Origin: a virus
Direction: 5' to 3' (one strand)
DNA: 64,000 nt
IMG/VR virus record: IMGVR_UViG_3300044722_000002
Location: 1-64,000 of that record
A program made the position numbers and the translations under genes. Shown piece by piece: positions 1 through 10,800 of this stretch (position 1 is its first letter; each line of letters begins with the position of its first letter). The notes below the pieces were generated by a model that was given only the letters and a program-made list of their open reading frames with translations, searched no databases and was not told the DNA's origin.

Positions 1-132
1 CAGAATGCTGGCTCATTCACCGCTTTTTTGAAGAAGAAAATGGGCGGTACAAGTAAGGGTGCGGGAATGGCCGGAACTGAAGGTAAAGGACTAGTCGGGG
101 CCGAAGGTGGCGGGGGAATGGAGTCGCTTTGA
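1..132 (+). CDS. 3' end of an upstream virion/ejection-type protein (partial, Gly-rich)
   Basis: Frame 1 is open from base 1 (QNAGSFTAFLKKKMGG...GMESL) to TGA at 130-132, overlapping the next TTG start (TTGA). Confidence 0.6.
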   Translation, partial: QNAGSFTAFLKKKMGGTSKGAGMAGTEGKGLVGAEGGGGMESL

Positions 133-794
133 GTCTTTTGCCAAACGTCATCATACGACAGGCCTACGCACGCATTGGCGCGTATGAAGGGGACGCGGCT
201 GATATTTCCACGGCATATTCGGCCGGAGTCTCGGGTCTTAATACAGAGTCGTTTCCCCTTCAGTCGATGTACGATCTACTTACTGGCGTTGAGAACGAGA
301 TCGCTACGGCGATAGCAATGAATTCTGAAAACGTTTTACGTGCCGTAATCCATGATACTGTACCGGTAGCCTCAGGAGGGCTCGTCCCTACGGTTGGATC
401 AAGTTCCGCTACGGCGAAGATCATTGGAGTCTGGGGGCAGGTAAGAGACGCGGCGTCGCCTTTTACCGAACTGACTGAAGGGTTGAATGAAGATGAGATA
501 CGAACCGTTAACCAGAGTTCAGTGTTTATTTCCAGTTACTATGGTTACATCGTTCGTCCACCGCGAATTTACGCTACGGTTGCGAACATGCTGATCGATT
601 GCTGTGTGTTCGATCTCCCTGCGAGACAGGCAGCTATCAATGCAAACGGAGCCCTGCTATTTCCAATGGCACAGAATGCTTATTTTGACGGTCTAATGAG
701 TGGACTGAAGAACGAAGATCCGCTCTACGCGAATCTTTCAAACGAATTCACTAAACCTTATGAATCATGGCTACAGTCACAACGAGGTGTGTAA
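129..794 (+). CDS. putative virion (neck/adaptor) protein
   Basis: 221 aa ORF coupled within the structural operon; function inferred from position only. Confidence 0.5.
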   Translation: MSLLPNVIIRQAYARIGAYEGDAADISTAYSAGVSGLNTESFPLQSMYDLLTGVENEIATAIAMNSENVLRAVIHDTVPVASGGLVPTVGSSSATAKIIGVWGQVRDAASPFTELTEGLNEDEIRTVNQSSVFISSYYGYIVRPPRIYATVANMLIDCCVFDLPARQAAINANGALLFPMAQNAYFDGLMSGLKNEDPLYANLSNEFTKPYESWLQSQRGV

Positions 795-1349
795 TTGACC
801 TACGCGGAGATCAGGGAACGTATTCTTCAGGGAGCAGTGAGAGGGGTTGTCCCACTTCCGCCCCTGGATCGCATTCGAGCGTTGATTGACGGATCGTTTT
901 TTCAGATCAACTCACAGACAGCGGAAGCCTTTGCTGCCGACGAATCAAGACGAGAACTTTTAAGAGCAACCAAAACCCTTACTTTCACTGCTGGCACGAC
1001 CGCCCTTCCGAGCGACGCGTTAAAGAAGTTTATCTTTGACGCGACTTTCGTTGAAACGTCCAACCCAAGTAGGCGGTATGCCTTTCGTCAATGGCCCGCT
1101 TATTTAAGGAGCGCGGACAAGCGGTTAGGTTATTGGTCAACCATTGGAGAGACTGTCGGAGCAAAGGTTCCAACCTCGGCTGCTCCGTTATCCGGGAGCG
1201 TCTCGCTCACCTGTGCGTGCTCCCCGGCAGTCCCGGTAACCGAAACCGATCCCTACATTGCCCCGGATGATTTTATTCCTGAACTTATCGACACGGGAAT
1301 AGATTTCATTCGTGGCGCGCTCCTTGCCAAAGCAGCGGAGACCGCCTAG
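795..1349 (+). CDS. putative head-tail adaptor / tail tubular A-like protein
   Basis: MTYAEIRERI N-terminus resembles adaptor proteins; TTG start abuts the previous TAA. Confidence 0.5.
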   Translation: MTYAEIRERILQGAVRGVVPLPPLDRIRALIDGSFFQINSQTAEAFAADESRRELLRATKTLTFTAGTTALPSDALKKFIFDATFVETSNPSRRYAFRQWPAYLRSADKRLGYWSTIGETVGAKVPTSAAPLSGSVSLTCACSPAVPVTETDPYIAPDDFIPELIDTGIDFIRGALLAKAAETA

Positions 1350-3961
1350 TGGAAAAGATCGTCCTTCCGGCCAACGTCTATCGTCCCACCTCAACCAGAA
1401 CAGGAATGTCCGGCGTTACCATGCTGCGCATGCAGAACATGATCCTTGCCGGTGGTGGAGGGAACGACGGAGATGATATTTATCTTCAGTGCTACAAAGG
1501 TTCCCTTGATCTAGACGAGACTATCGAGACGCTTGATCTCACTGGAACGCTGACGGCTTCGATAGGCGATCTGCAAATTGTCGGCTCAGGTACGTTGTTC
1601 ACTATCGAACTTCGTTCAGGGCAGATGTTTTTTGCGGGTGACGACATGTTCATGGTCAACACCGTGATCGATGATACTCATTTGACTGTTTACCGTGGGC
1701 CGATCTCTGCGTTGGTTGCAAGTACAGGTGAGCGGCTGTCAATACTGTTTGAAATAAACCGCCAGCGCGGAACGATGTCACAAGGGAACGCCGTAGAGTT
1801 TGATAAAGGTACGATCATCGGAACGGGATGGGGGACACTTCGTCTCAACGGTGCGGAGCTGGATACAGTAACTCCGATAAACGAACCCAAAGGAGTTGGT
1901 ACTGGTGCAGACGATAACACCGTGGGAACGGTGACTTGGAACAATCCAGGTAACATCACCACTTCAGGAGGGAGCGGAGCGGACTGTGCGCCTGCCGATG
2001 CGGAGATCACCCACTATCTCAAGGGCACAAACTGTGGATTCAGTGCTATTCCCGGTGGGGCAACGATCACCGGAATCTCCGTGGCGATCAGAAAACAAGT
2101 TACCGGAGCAACCACGGAGACCGTAAGTGATAGTCGAGTAAGTATTGTCAAAGCGGACGGCTCTATCGGTACGACAAACCGGGCAAGTTTAGTCTCGTGG
2201 CCAGCGACTTACGCTTACACAATCTACGGCGGACAGGATGATCTCTGGGATGAAGCGTGGGCTCCGGCGGACTTTGCCGATGCAGACGTTGGCGCGGTTA
2301 TCTCCGCTACCGTAGCTGATCCCGGAGGAGACCTGGCTACTTTGAACGTGGAGTACATGTTTCTCACTGTGTACTACACAACTTCTGGTGGAGGAATGGA
2401 CTTCACCGGCTCTCCGTTGATCGCGATCTATGACGATGTAAACCAGACCTACGCAGTAGCTGATCTGAACTTCGCGACTCCCACTGTTGCCCCAACCCTT
2501 ACAGATGAATCCGGTGGGACAGCAGGAATGCAGGCGGGTGATTATTCGCTCCGATTAGTTCCTTCCAGCACGGTAACTCAAGGTTATGGTAATCCCGGCC
2601 CACGGGCGAATGTAAGTTTGGTTTCAGCGGACGATCAAATCGGCGTAGACGTGACTTTAGTTCCAATGGACACGGTGAGTCTACAGGACGGTTGGGACGT
2701 GTATGCAACTGAAACCTCCTCTAACCCAAACCAAGGCCCGTGGAGTTTTGTGCGCACCGTTCCTGATTCTGAGATTGATCCTTCAACGCACACGTTCAAC
2801 ATTGAGTACCTCGACGCAGAGATTGCTCGACAAGGATTATTGGATTTTGATAATGACCCCGTGCCACCCTCTGGTTTTATTGCGGTGATTGAAGGAAACC
2901 CGATGTGGGTAAGTTGTTTTGGGAGAAACAATCTTAGTCCCGGGCCGTCTTTAGTCCCCGCTAAACCGCAAAACATCGAAGCGGCCCCCGCGAACTGGAA
3001 TGTCACGTCATCTCCCCCGCAATACTTGTTAGGCGTGATTGAATCTCTAGCCAGACTCTACCTACCTACCCCAGCCTCACTACAGCAAGGCGTCTGGAAT
3101 CCGACAGGCGATCCTCTAATCCCACCATTAAGCTTACGCCCTTACTGGCACATGGGGTTTGCTGGTCCTTATCAAATAGTCTTTGCGTTGGGGTGGTTAA
3201 TCGGGTATCCACACGGCGGCCCAACGAAGTCTATCGCTGACGCTGAGGATGCCAAGGCGCAATTCTTCGGCGGGTACGTTGCGGAGATAACTAAGAATTG
3301 GGTAGGTGCTCACGTCTTGGTTGGGTGGGATCAAAATCCAATGGTCAATGCGATTTGTTTTTTCCATTCAGCTGACTCGTTAAATAGTGACGGATTCTGG
3401 ACAACTAGAGTTCTAGTTTGGGGGCTGAACCAAGGCGACTGGATCGGTGACGTATTGTTGACCGACAGTACTAGGGACATGATCGTCACCGGCGTTGCGA
3501 GCGTGGACAATCAACTGGTATTTTTAGCTGGCGGGCGAACTACCGTGCGTGGAGGAATAGGCCCGGTACAAATAGATACTTTCAACTGGAACGAATCTTC
3601 TGGTAACCCGATAGACTACTATGCAGCGTGGCAGTTACAATCTGGGGGGATTCTTGATCGTAACAAATCTGTTAAGACAGCAAGGGCGAGCGGGCAGTTT
3701 ACCAACGCGGTAATCAAGCTCTATGGATTTGACAGCAACACGGCAGAGAACTTGTCTGACATCGAGGCTGGTACGAATAGTCTGGTAACACTTCCACTAA
3801 CTACGACTACGGATGTGGAAACAACAACCCGGGAGAGATTGAACATCCCTTCATTATTTACCTTCACCCCCCGAGTGAGCGGAACTTATTCAGGCTCAGG
3901 AGAGCCGGATCGGCTCAATGGGGCCGTGGTGGAATTTTTACCCTCAGGAAACAGACGATGA
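1349..3961 (+). CDS. tail nozzle/stabilisation-like virion protein (870 aa)
   Basis: Beta-rich large protein placed after the adaptor and before the GNAT-like and ejection genes, as in P22 gp10/T7 gp12 synteny. Confidence 0.55.
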   Translation: MEKIVLPANVYRPTSTRTGMSGVTMLRMQNMILAGGGGNDGDDIYLQCYKGSLDLDETIETLDLTGTLTASIGDLQIVGSGTLFTIELRSGQMFFAGDDMFMVNTVIDDTHLTVYRGPISALVASTGERLSILFEINRQRGTMSQGNAVEFDKGTIIGTGWGTLRLNGAELDTVTPINEPKGVGTGADDNTVGTVTWNNPGNITTSGGSGADCAPADAEITHYLKGTNCGFSAIPGGATITGISVAIRKQVTGATTETVSDSRVSIVKADGSIGTTNRASLVSWPATYAYTIYGGQDDLWDEAWAPADFADADVGAVISATVADPGGDLATLNVEYMFLTVYYTTSGGGMDFTGSPLIAIYDDVNQTYAVADLNFATPTVAPTLTDESGGTAGMQAGDYSLRLVPSSTVTQGYGNPGPRANVSLVSADDQIGVDVTLVPMDTVSLQDGWDVYATETSSNPNQGPWSFVRTVPDSEIDPSTHTFNIEYLDAEIARQGLLDFDNDPVPPSGFIAVIEGNPMWVSCFGRNNLSPGPSLVPAKPQNIEAAPANWNVTSSPPQYLLGVIESLARLYLPTPASLQQGVWNPTGDPLIPPLSLRPYWHMGFAGPYQIVFALGWLIGYPHGGPTKSIADAEDAKAQFFGGYVAEITKNWVGAHVLVGWDQNPMVNAICFFHSADSLNSDGFWTTRVLVWGLNQGDWIGDVLLTDSTRDMIVTGVASVDNQLVFLAGGRTTVRGGIGPVQIDTFNWNESSGNPIDYYAAWQLQSGGILDRNKSVKTARASGQFTNAVIKLYGFDSNTAENLSDIEAGTNSLVTLPLTTTTDVETTTRERLNIPSLFTFTPRVSGTYSGSGEPDRLNGAVVEFLPSGNRR

Positions 3962-4383
3962 GTTCTATCGGCGACGGCATATCGACTGACGCAATCGAGC
4001 AGAACCCGGACATTGCTCGAATCCAGGCAGCTCAACAGGGCGCGGCACTTCAATCCCAACAAGTGCGCCTCCCGGCCACGGGGTTTGTTTCCGAGCTTAA
4101 CGGGCAAGAGGGTTCACTTACACTCCAACCAGGTACTAGTAGCACGGGAGTTACGGTTAACGTCACAAACGGCGCAGGAACGATCTCCGTAGGTGTAACC
4201 GGCATTGGAGCGGGAGGGACGGTCAAATGTAACTTCGCGGCGATCATCGCTCCCACGGTAGGGGATGATTCGAGCTTAGGCTACGCGGTCGGATCGTCGT
4301 GGATAGACACCGTACTGGACGATGCGTACATCTGCTGTGACGCTACGAACGGAGCGGCGGTGTGGAAGAAAACCACCCCGTGA
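3958..4383 (+). CDS. virion protein with short fibre-like C-terminal motif
   Basis: APTVGDDSSLGYAVGSSWIDT...YICCDATNGAAVW motif typical of phage fibre proteins; ATGA overlap. Confidence 0.55.
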   Translation: MSSIGDGISTDAIEQNPDIARIQAAQQGAALQSQQVRLPATGFVSELNGQEGSLTLQPGTSSTGVTVNVTNGAGTISVGVTGIGAGGTVKCNFAAIIAPTVGDDSSLGYAVGSSWIDTVLDDAYICCDATNGAAVWKKTTP

Positions 4384-4859
4384 AACTGCGAATTCTCGAC
4401 CCACAGACCGATTACGATCTTTTCCACGAAGCCTACCACTGGCGCACGGTTAAACGTCGATCTCAACCCGACCGCGCTCCTTTTGAAACCTTCATTGCTA
4501 ACGACCCGCGCCAAACAGTTATAGGATTGTTTAACGACGATCTCCTTGCTGTGTTTTTGTTTTACGAGTATGAACCGTTGAGATTTGAGGGTCACTTTAC
4601 CTCGCGGCGAAGCGTTTCACGCGAAATATTAGTCGAAGGGGGGAAGCTTGTGGTTAACACCTTCCTGCAAAGCGGGGCCAAAGATATTTGCGCGTGGATA
4701 ACAATTCGCAACACTGCCTTACGGCGTTATGTCGAGGAGTTGGGGTTTCAACCAAAAGAAACCAAAGAATTCCCTTTACACTTGGTGAACAACGAGCGTA
4801 CACTGCCAACCGAGAGTAAACTGTTTGTAAAATATGCAATTAGCGAGATTCCCCCATAG
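4380..4859 (+). CDS. GNAT-fold virion assembly protein (T7 gp13/P22 gp14-like)
   Basis: AWITIRNTALRRYVEELGF resembles the GNAT C-terminal motif; GTGA overlap start; position after the nozzle gene. Confidence 0.55.
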   Translation: MKLRILDPQTDYDLFHEAYHWRTVKRRSQPDRAPFETFIANDPRQTVIGLFNDDLLAVFLFYEYEPLRFEGHFTSRRSVSREILVEGGKLVVNTFLQSGAKDICAWITIRNTALRRYVEELGFQPKETKEFPLHLVNNERTLPTESKLFVKYAISEIPP

Positions 4860-5317
4860 GCCTTTCAGATTCAAAACAGAAGTCTACCCAATCGTCGGCC
4901 ACGACGAATACTTACGGCTATCAGACACCTTCTGATACGCCGGACGTTACCACTCTACGAAACACAAAGTTTGAGGTCGATCCCGGGCTCAAGGCCGAGT
5001 ACGGATCGCTGCGCAGTCGTCTAAAGTCCGGTTTTAGTCAACCTACCGGGGCTTATTACAACCCACAAGTTAAAGAGGCGATTCAGCGTTCCGGTGAAGA
5101 ACGTTTAGGGCAACAGGAAGCCCAGGCTTTCCGTGAAGGCCAGAACGATGTTAATAAGCAGAACTTCGGCAGGAACCTTGCGGTTGCCGATCTAACAAAA
5201 CCAGTCCTTACGCAGACAGGTTCAAATTCCAGCGGCACTGGAACGGTAACGCAGTCCGAGTCGCCGTGGAAAACAGCCATGAGCGTTGCTGGCGCAGCTG
5301 CACCACTAAGTCTATAG
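4856..5317 (+). CDS. DNA ejection/pilot protein (P22 gp7-like), ATA start; missing from the ORF track
   Basis: 153 open codons (M)GLSDSKQKSTQSSATTNTYG...SPWKTAMSVAGAAAPLSL; fills the intergenic gap exactly; in-frame TAG at 4841 limits upstream starts. Confidence 0.7.
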   Translation: MGLSDSKQKSTQSSATTNTYGYQTPSDTPDVTTLRNTKFEVDPGLKAEYGSLRSRLKSGFSQPTGAYYNPQVKEAIQRSGEERLGQQEAQAFREGQNDVNKQNFGRNLAVADLTKPVLTQTGSNSSGTGTVTQSESPWKTAMSVAGAAAPLSL

Positions 5318-5327
5318 GAGAAACTCC

Positions 5328-6551
5328 ATGCTCGGTAATTCCTACGAACGATTTGTAACCTTTACGGATGATCGGACACTGCTGGTCACCGAGGATGTAG
5401 CTCGATTCATCCTCGCGACCGATACGGACGTTGCCACTCTTCCCTCAGCGTCGTCGTGTAACGCAGCCAGCGGGCAGCAGGTAAAATTCATCGTCAACGA
5501 CGTGACTTCCAGTTACACCCTGACCGTTGCGGTGCCTTCGGGTAATTCCATAGTAGGAAACGTCAGCCTCACTCCCGGACGCGGGTGTTTCGCGATCAGT
5601 GATGGGCAGGCAACGTGGACACTTATCGGACCCTCCGGGGTTGGTGGAGCAGGATCGGTCGTTGAATCGGACTTCTCTTTTACTGACATCACTACGGCGA
5701 ATGCTACGAGTTCAATTCACGGGTTAATGCCGAAATTGACTCCCGGGGTCGCTACGGCGAGTCAACCAGTTACGCTTGGATCAAGCAAGGAACTGGACAC
5801 GTTATTACTCGGTAATCTGGCTGCTTTTGATGCTTCTCTTGACGTTGCAGGGTTAGCAGCAGCACAGGGTGGAGCGATAGCTTTTACCGGCGGAACGTCG
5901 AGCACGGCAGGGAACGCCGGTGGCGCGGTTAGTATAACTGGTGGGACGCCCGGCGCAACCGGGATCGGTGGAGCGGTAACTGTCACTGGAGCGGTTGGCG
6001 GGGCCACGTCCGGCGTTGGCGGCGCAGCCACGTTCAGAGGCGGAGCGGGGACTGCCGGAAACTCTGCTGGTGGCGTAGCTTCTCTAACCGGAGGGGCAGG
6101 ACAAGGCTCTGCTGCTGGCGGCATCTCTAAGACCGTTGGTGGAGCAGGCGGGGCTACCGGGGTAGGTGGAGCGGCCCAACTTACGGGAGGGGCGGGGGGC
6201 GCAACTTCCGGTACTGGGGGAGCAGTGTCCATTGCGGGCGGCGCGGGAACCAACGGAAACGCAACCGGGGGAGCGGTGGCGATCAACGGTGGAGCTTTGA
6301 ACGGATCGGGCGCAAACGGCTCAGTCACTATTCAGTCTGCCTACGCTCCCGTTGCCGGGGGTGGAACCTCAGCCGCGATTCTTTGTTCAAGCACGGCACT
6401 GCTTGGTGTTTACTTTGGCACCGGAACTCCTACCTTCTCAGCGGCCAAGGGTTCACTTTACGTTAAGACCGACGCCTCGACTTCGGCCACGCGGCTTTTT
6501 ATAGCCAGTGATGCAGTTGGGACTTGGACACCGTTCACTTCGGCGGCTTAA
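5328..6551 (+). CDS. Gly-rich tail fibre-like protein
   Basis: Repeated GGAVxITGGxG units; GGAG RBS upstream. Confidence 0.7.
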   Translation: MLGNSYERFVTFTDDRTLLVTEDVARFILATDTDVATLPSASSCNAASGQQVKFIVNDVTSSYTLTVAVPSGNSIVGNVSLTPGRGCFAISDGQATWTLIGPSGVGGAGSVVESDFSFTDITTANATSSIHGLMPKLTPGVATASQPVTLGSSKELDTLLLGNLAAFDASLDVAGLAAAQGGAIAFTGGTSSTAGNAGGAVSITGGTPGATGIGGAVTVTGAVGGATSGVGGAATFRGGAGTAGNSAGGVASLTGGAGQGSAAGGISKTVGGAGGATGVGGAAQLTGGAGGATSGTGGAVSIAGGAGTNGNATGGAVAINGGALNGSGANGSVTIQSAYAPVAGGGTSAAILCSSTALLGVYFGTGTPTFSAAKGSLYVKTDASTSATRLFIASDAVGTWTPFTSAA

Positions 6552-6728
6552 ATGAACATTTACGAACAATACGGACGGCTGATGGAAGCCTACGAACGAG
6601 AGTGTGAAGCGCACCGGCAGACAGTCGGCGTCTTACGCTCCCTGAAAAACGACGAGATTACAATCGAAAAGATTGTTGTTACGAACGATAACAAGTGGGC
6701 CATCACTGACGATTCACCTGCAAACTAA
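6552..6728 (+). CDS. small helical protein (possible fibre chaperone)
   Basis: 58 aa MNIYEQYGRLMEAYERE...; ATG directly after the previous TAA. Confidence 0.5.
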   Translation: MNIYEQYGRLMEAYERECEAHRQTVGVLRSLKNDEITIEKIVVTNDNKWAITDDSPAN

Positions 6729-6743
6729 TTGGAGGATTTCCCC

Positions 6744-7433
6744 ATGCTCAATACTTCTTACGAAGTCGATATCACTACGCTAGTTGACTACACGGGTTTA
6801 CGTACCACGAACCTGATTAAAGTCAGCGCGGCGGCCACTGCGTCGCGGACGATAACGCTTCCTCTCGCTCGGGAGAGTGATCAGATATTCGTCTACAATG
6901 CTTCCGCGTACCAGGCGACTATCGCGGTACAGTCGGGAGACACGCTTGTTGGCCCGACAACTCTTCCGTCCGGAGCCACGGCGGAATTCCAGGCCTCTGC
7001 TCAGTCCGTGTGGTACAGCTTCGGTAGTGCTGGGTTAGGTAGCCTGATTTCCTTCCGACAAGTTTGTCCGGTAACCGCGTTTACCGATGGAGGTTCAACT
7101 TCGGGAACGCTGGTGCTCGGGGTAACGATCCCCGCCGGCGCGGTGTACGCACGAACGCTCTTGAGTGGGCTGGTAGGGTTCACCGGTGACGTAAGCGCGA
7201 CTGCGACTTTAGGCGACGGTTCTGACGTAGATCGTTACAACACAGGCACCCCGAACGTGTTTGTAACTGCCGCTCAAGGTGTTGATGCCGGAGTTCCTTC
7301 AGGCACGTTGTTCCATAACGCAGCCATTGCGACCGTGACGCTGACTGTAACTTCAAACTCCGACTTCACACTGGTCAAAACGGCAGCCTTGGGCAGTGTG
7401 AACGTTACGATGTTTTACTATTCACCGTTCTAG
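6744..7433 (+). CDS. virion structural protein
   Basis: Thr/Gly/Ser-rich beta protein; GGAGG RBS before ATG 6744. Confidence 0.55.
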   Translation: MLNTSYEVDITTLVDYTGLRTTNLIKVSAAATASRTITLPLARESDQIFVYNASAYQATIAVQSGDTLVGPTTLPSGATAEFQASAQSVWYSFGSAGLGSLISFRQVCPVTAFTDGGSTSGTLVLGVTIPAGAVYARTLLSGLVGFTGDVSATATLGDGSDVDRYNTGTPNVFVTAAQGVDAGVPSGTLFHNAAIATVTLTVTSNSDFTLVKTAALGSVNVTMFYYSPF

Positions 7434-7494
7434 GTTTCACCCCAGCGTCCCCCAGCGGCTCGTGACAACACGGGCCGCGTTGTGAGGTAACCCC

Positions 7495-7881
7495 ATGTCT
7501 CATGCACGTAAATTCTTTTCTGAGTCTGTTTCCAGCGGTACGACTACCGTAGGGGTCTCCCTTGGTTCAATCATGAGCACGGCAGGCTGGGGGTGGGAGT
7601 TGGATTCAGATAATCTAATCACAACGGTGCCTTCACTGGATTCCACTATTGGGACTGGACTAACGATTATTCCAGCGGCAATCCTTTACTTTGGTCAGGA
7701 TCAGTACGTGAGAGACGCGGCGGCAGCGGGGCCCCCAAGACTGTACAAAGGCGTACCAGCAGTAGCGGGCCAACCGTTCGACGTAGTTGAGTATTGTCGA
7801 GGCCTTGTGGATATCTATTCTGTGTTTGTCTACTCTCCCGGCGGCGCGCAGGAACTACAGATTGTTTTCAAAGGAACCTAA
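7495..7881 (+). CDS. hypothetical virion protein
   Basis: GAGG RBS; lies within the structural operon. Confidence 0.5.
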   Translation: MSHARKFFSESVSSGTTTVGVSLGSIMSTAGWGWELDSDNLITTVPSLDSTIGTGLTIIPAAILYFGQDQYVRDAAAAGPPRLYKGVPAVAGQPFDVVEYCRGLVDIYSVFVYSPGGAQELQIVFKGT

Positions 7882-10800
7882 TTGCCTCAAACCACAATCT
7901 CAGAGACTCACTTCCAGCCGACAGTCGATGATCTCGGCGACAATCCCTACGTCCGCTTTTGGTATACAGAAAGTTACATTGCGGGAGACGGTGTAACCCC
8001 GGTTGTCGCGGGTAACGGACAATCAGGATTCTTTCTCGATGTAACCTGTTCAATAGTTAGTGACCGGCTTGTCATGCCCGCCACTGATCTGTGGGCCACG
8101 ACGGATGGATCGCCTGCTATCTCACGTTTCTTTGGGCAGCTCTATTCAGAATCAGGCGCACCTTCAGTCATGCTGTTCGGGCAGAACGGTGGCTGGCAGT
8201 TACCTACAGTTTATGGAGCTGTTGTTAGTTACGATGAGTTAGCTACCTATAATCTTGCGGCGTATTTACTTTACGCACCTAGTTCTTACTTCACGGCTGA
8301 TCAGACAATCGCGGAGATTCGGAGACTGGCAGGGAATTTTCTCTACGCAGCGGTTGGGGTGAATGGAATTTCTCAGCCGGACGTTGCGCCCGACAACCCT
8401 GCGATTCCGATCTTTGTTGGAGCAAATTCCTTTGCCACTACTTCTCACTCAGGGATAGGCAAGTCGTCAGTAACCAGATCGCCAACTTCAGACGTTACGT
8501 TTGTAGAGACTACCGATTCGCGCCTTACTACTTTTTTCAACATCACGGCGTATGGAGCTTCCACTGCTAACACGGCAGCGCAGAATGCAACTGCAATAGC
8601 AGCAGCGGTAACGGCGGCCTCAGCAGTTAACAGTGGTATCTACGTGCCCGTAGGAACGTTTTTCACTAACTCCGTGACGATAAGCGTGCCGATTACCTTT
8701 GAACCCGGCATCTCAGTACTGGAACCTGATAACGGGCAGACAATAACGATCACAAAGTCCGTTGAAGCCGATCTCTCTCAGCACTTCTCGAATGCAGACT
8801 CGGGGCATGGGACGATTTCCTTTGCGGGGAACTCTACCTTAAGCAGTATCCCTCCCCAGTGGTGGGGCATGCGGGCCTCGACTACGGCCTTGGTTAATTC
8901 GTCAAAAATCCATACAGCAGTCGCAGCGGCAATCACCGCGAACACGGGAATCTCAATTTCAGCAGGATTGTTCTTCGTTAACGACCTAACGATCTCCGTT
9001 CCGCTTGAACTCGCGCCGGGAGCGATACTTTCCGCAGGGGTGGGGCGAACAATAACAATTACCAAGTCTATCTCGGCTAACGTGGCCCAGCACTTTGCCG
9101 GACTCGGAACGGTTTCTTTTGTCGGTAATTCGTCACAGAAGGATTTTGAAGTTGCGTGGTGGGGCGCGGACTCGGCAGCAAGCGGAGCGGCAACATCGAC
9201 AGCGTTGAACGCGGCGTTTGCGGCGTGGCCAGATGGTGCTACCATGCACTTGAGTCCCCATGTAGTTTACACGCATGCAGGGATAACGATTGATCGTAAG
9301 TTCGCCTCAACGCTTCTTGGTGTCGATACGCTGGACGGGTATCTCGATGCGGTGACAGCTCCTAAATTTGTCTACTCAGGTACTGATGGCGGTGATGCAA
9401 TCACAATCTCGAATTGTTTCGCTGTGACGTTTAGGGGATTTGGTAGCTGGGGAGCAGTGACTAATACCGTGCCGGGAACGACCGGGGCGGCCAAGAACCT
9501 TTATGTGACGATGACACCCGGCGGCTATCCGCCGATTTCCAGTCAGAACGTTTTCCAGTCGGTATTTCTCTACGCCGCATCTACCCGAGCGGACTACATA
9601 AGTGTGGACGTTGACAACGCTACTGGCGTAAACAACGAGTTTCACCAGTTTAATGACTGCATCATCGTTGGCGGTACGGATGTCTTTGGAAACATTGTTG
9701 GCACGGGTCTGCACTTAGGGCACGCTAATGCCAAGCAGATAAAGATCAATAGAACAACTTTCGGATCGTTGGCCAAGGCTATCGATAGTCACGGCGGGAA
9801 CTTCCGAGGATTTGGTAACACCTACGGAAATTGTGGCGTGGTCTATTCGGGCCGTTTTACCGATGCGGTCGTCGATGTTGGGAGCGATTCTGAAAGTTGT
9901 GTTCAGATAATTGACGCAGAGGGTTCGGGTAATCAGCCCTTTACTTTGATCGCCGGGCGGTTCGATGCGATCCGAGGAGGGGCGGTATCGGCCTCGGCAT
10001 CCAGAACTACTGATCACGTCGTTCGCTACACAACAAGACTGACTTTAATTGGCTGTACTTTTGGCGCATGGAACGAAACGGGAAACAATAGTTTCAGTAA
10101 TCATTTTATTGACGGCACGGATGGGGTTAGCGCGGTAGGAACCTTGAAATGGATCAACAGCAGCGTGGGAGGGGATGGCGGCCCGATCCCATTGTTGAAC
10201 TTTACTCAAGGGCTAGGAACCTTTGCGCGATACGATGTTGACAGCGACGACTATGGGCCGTTGCAAGGTAGTGCGGTTAACGCCGTGCAGCGATCCTACA
10301 CGGGGTTGAGTACGAGCGGGTCGATTCGAGACTTGCTCGGCGTTGAGAGCACTGATAGTTCAGTGTTTGGCACGGGCCGAGTAGCAGCGTTCGATAGTAC
10401 GGTGATTGGACCATCGGCTGAGATTGAGATCGCCGGTTTCGCCGCACCGCAACGGCCTGATGTAAGTTACGCGGGCGCAAACGACGCTGCTCTGAATCTA
10501 TCGTCCCTTGCTGTCATTGCCCGCGACGCGTTGGGTAATCGCACAATGCCCTCTGTGATCAATCAGAACGTTCACGGGAATACCACACTCTCAGGCTCGA
10601 ACTATATTCGGGTAACGTGGCCTGCCGTGAAGTGGAACCAGGTAACGGCCACTGACTACTTGCTTTTGCAGTTCTCTGGTGGCTGGCGAATTATTGCAAC
10701 GGTCACACCCAGCGGGACTGCCACGGAGCACTATGATATCATAGCGAACCCCGCAGGCGCATTCACCTATGTTATCCCTACCTACAATGAGACAGCAGCG

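Noticed and set aside
5762-6328. Pro/Ala-rich minus-strand ORF and similar antisense ORFs in the tail genes
   Set aside because: Antisense shadows of Gly/Ala/Thr-rich coding sequence
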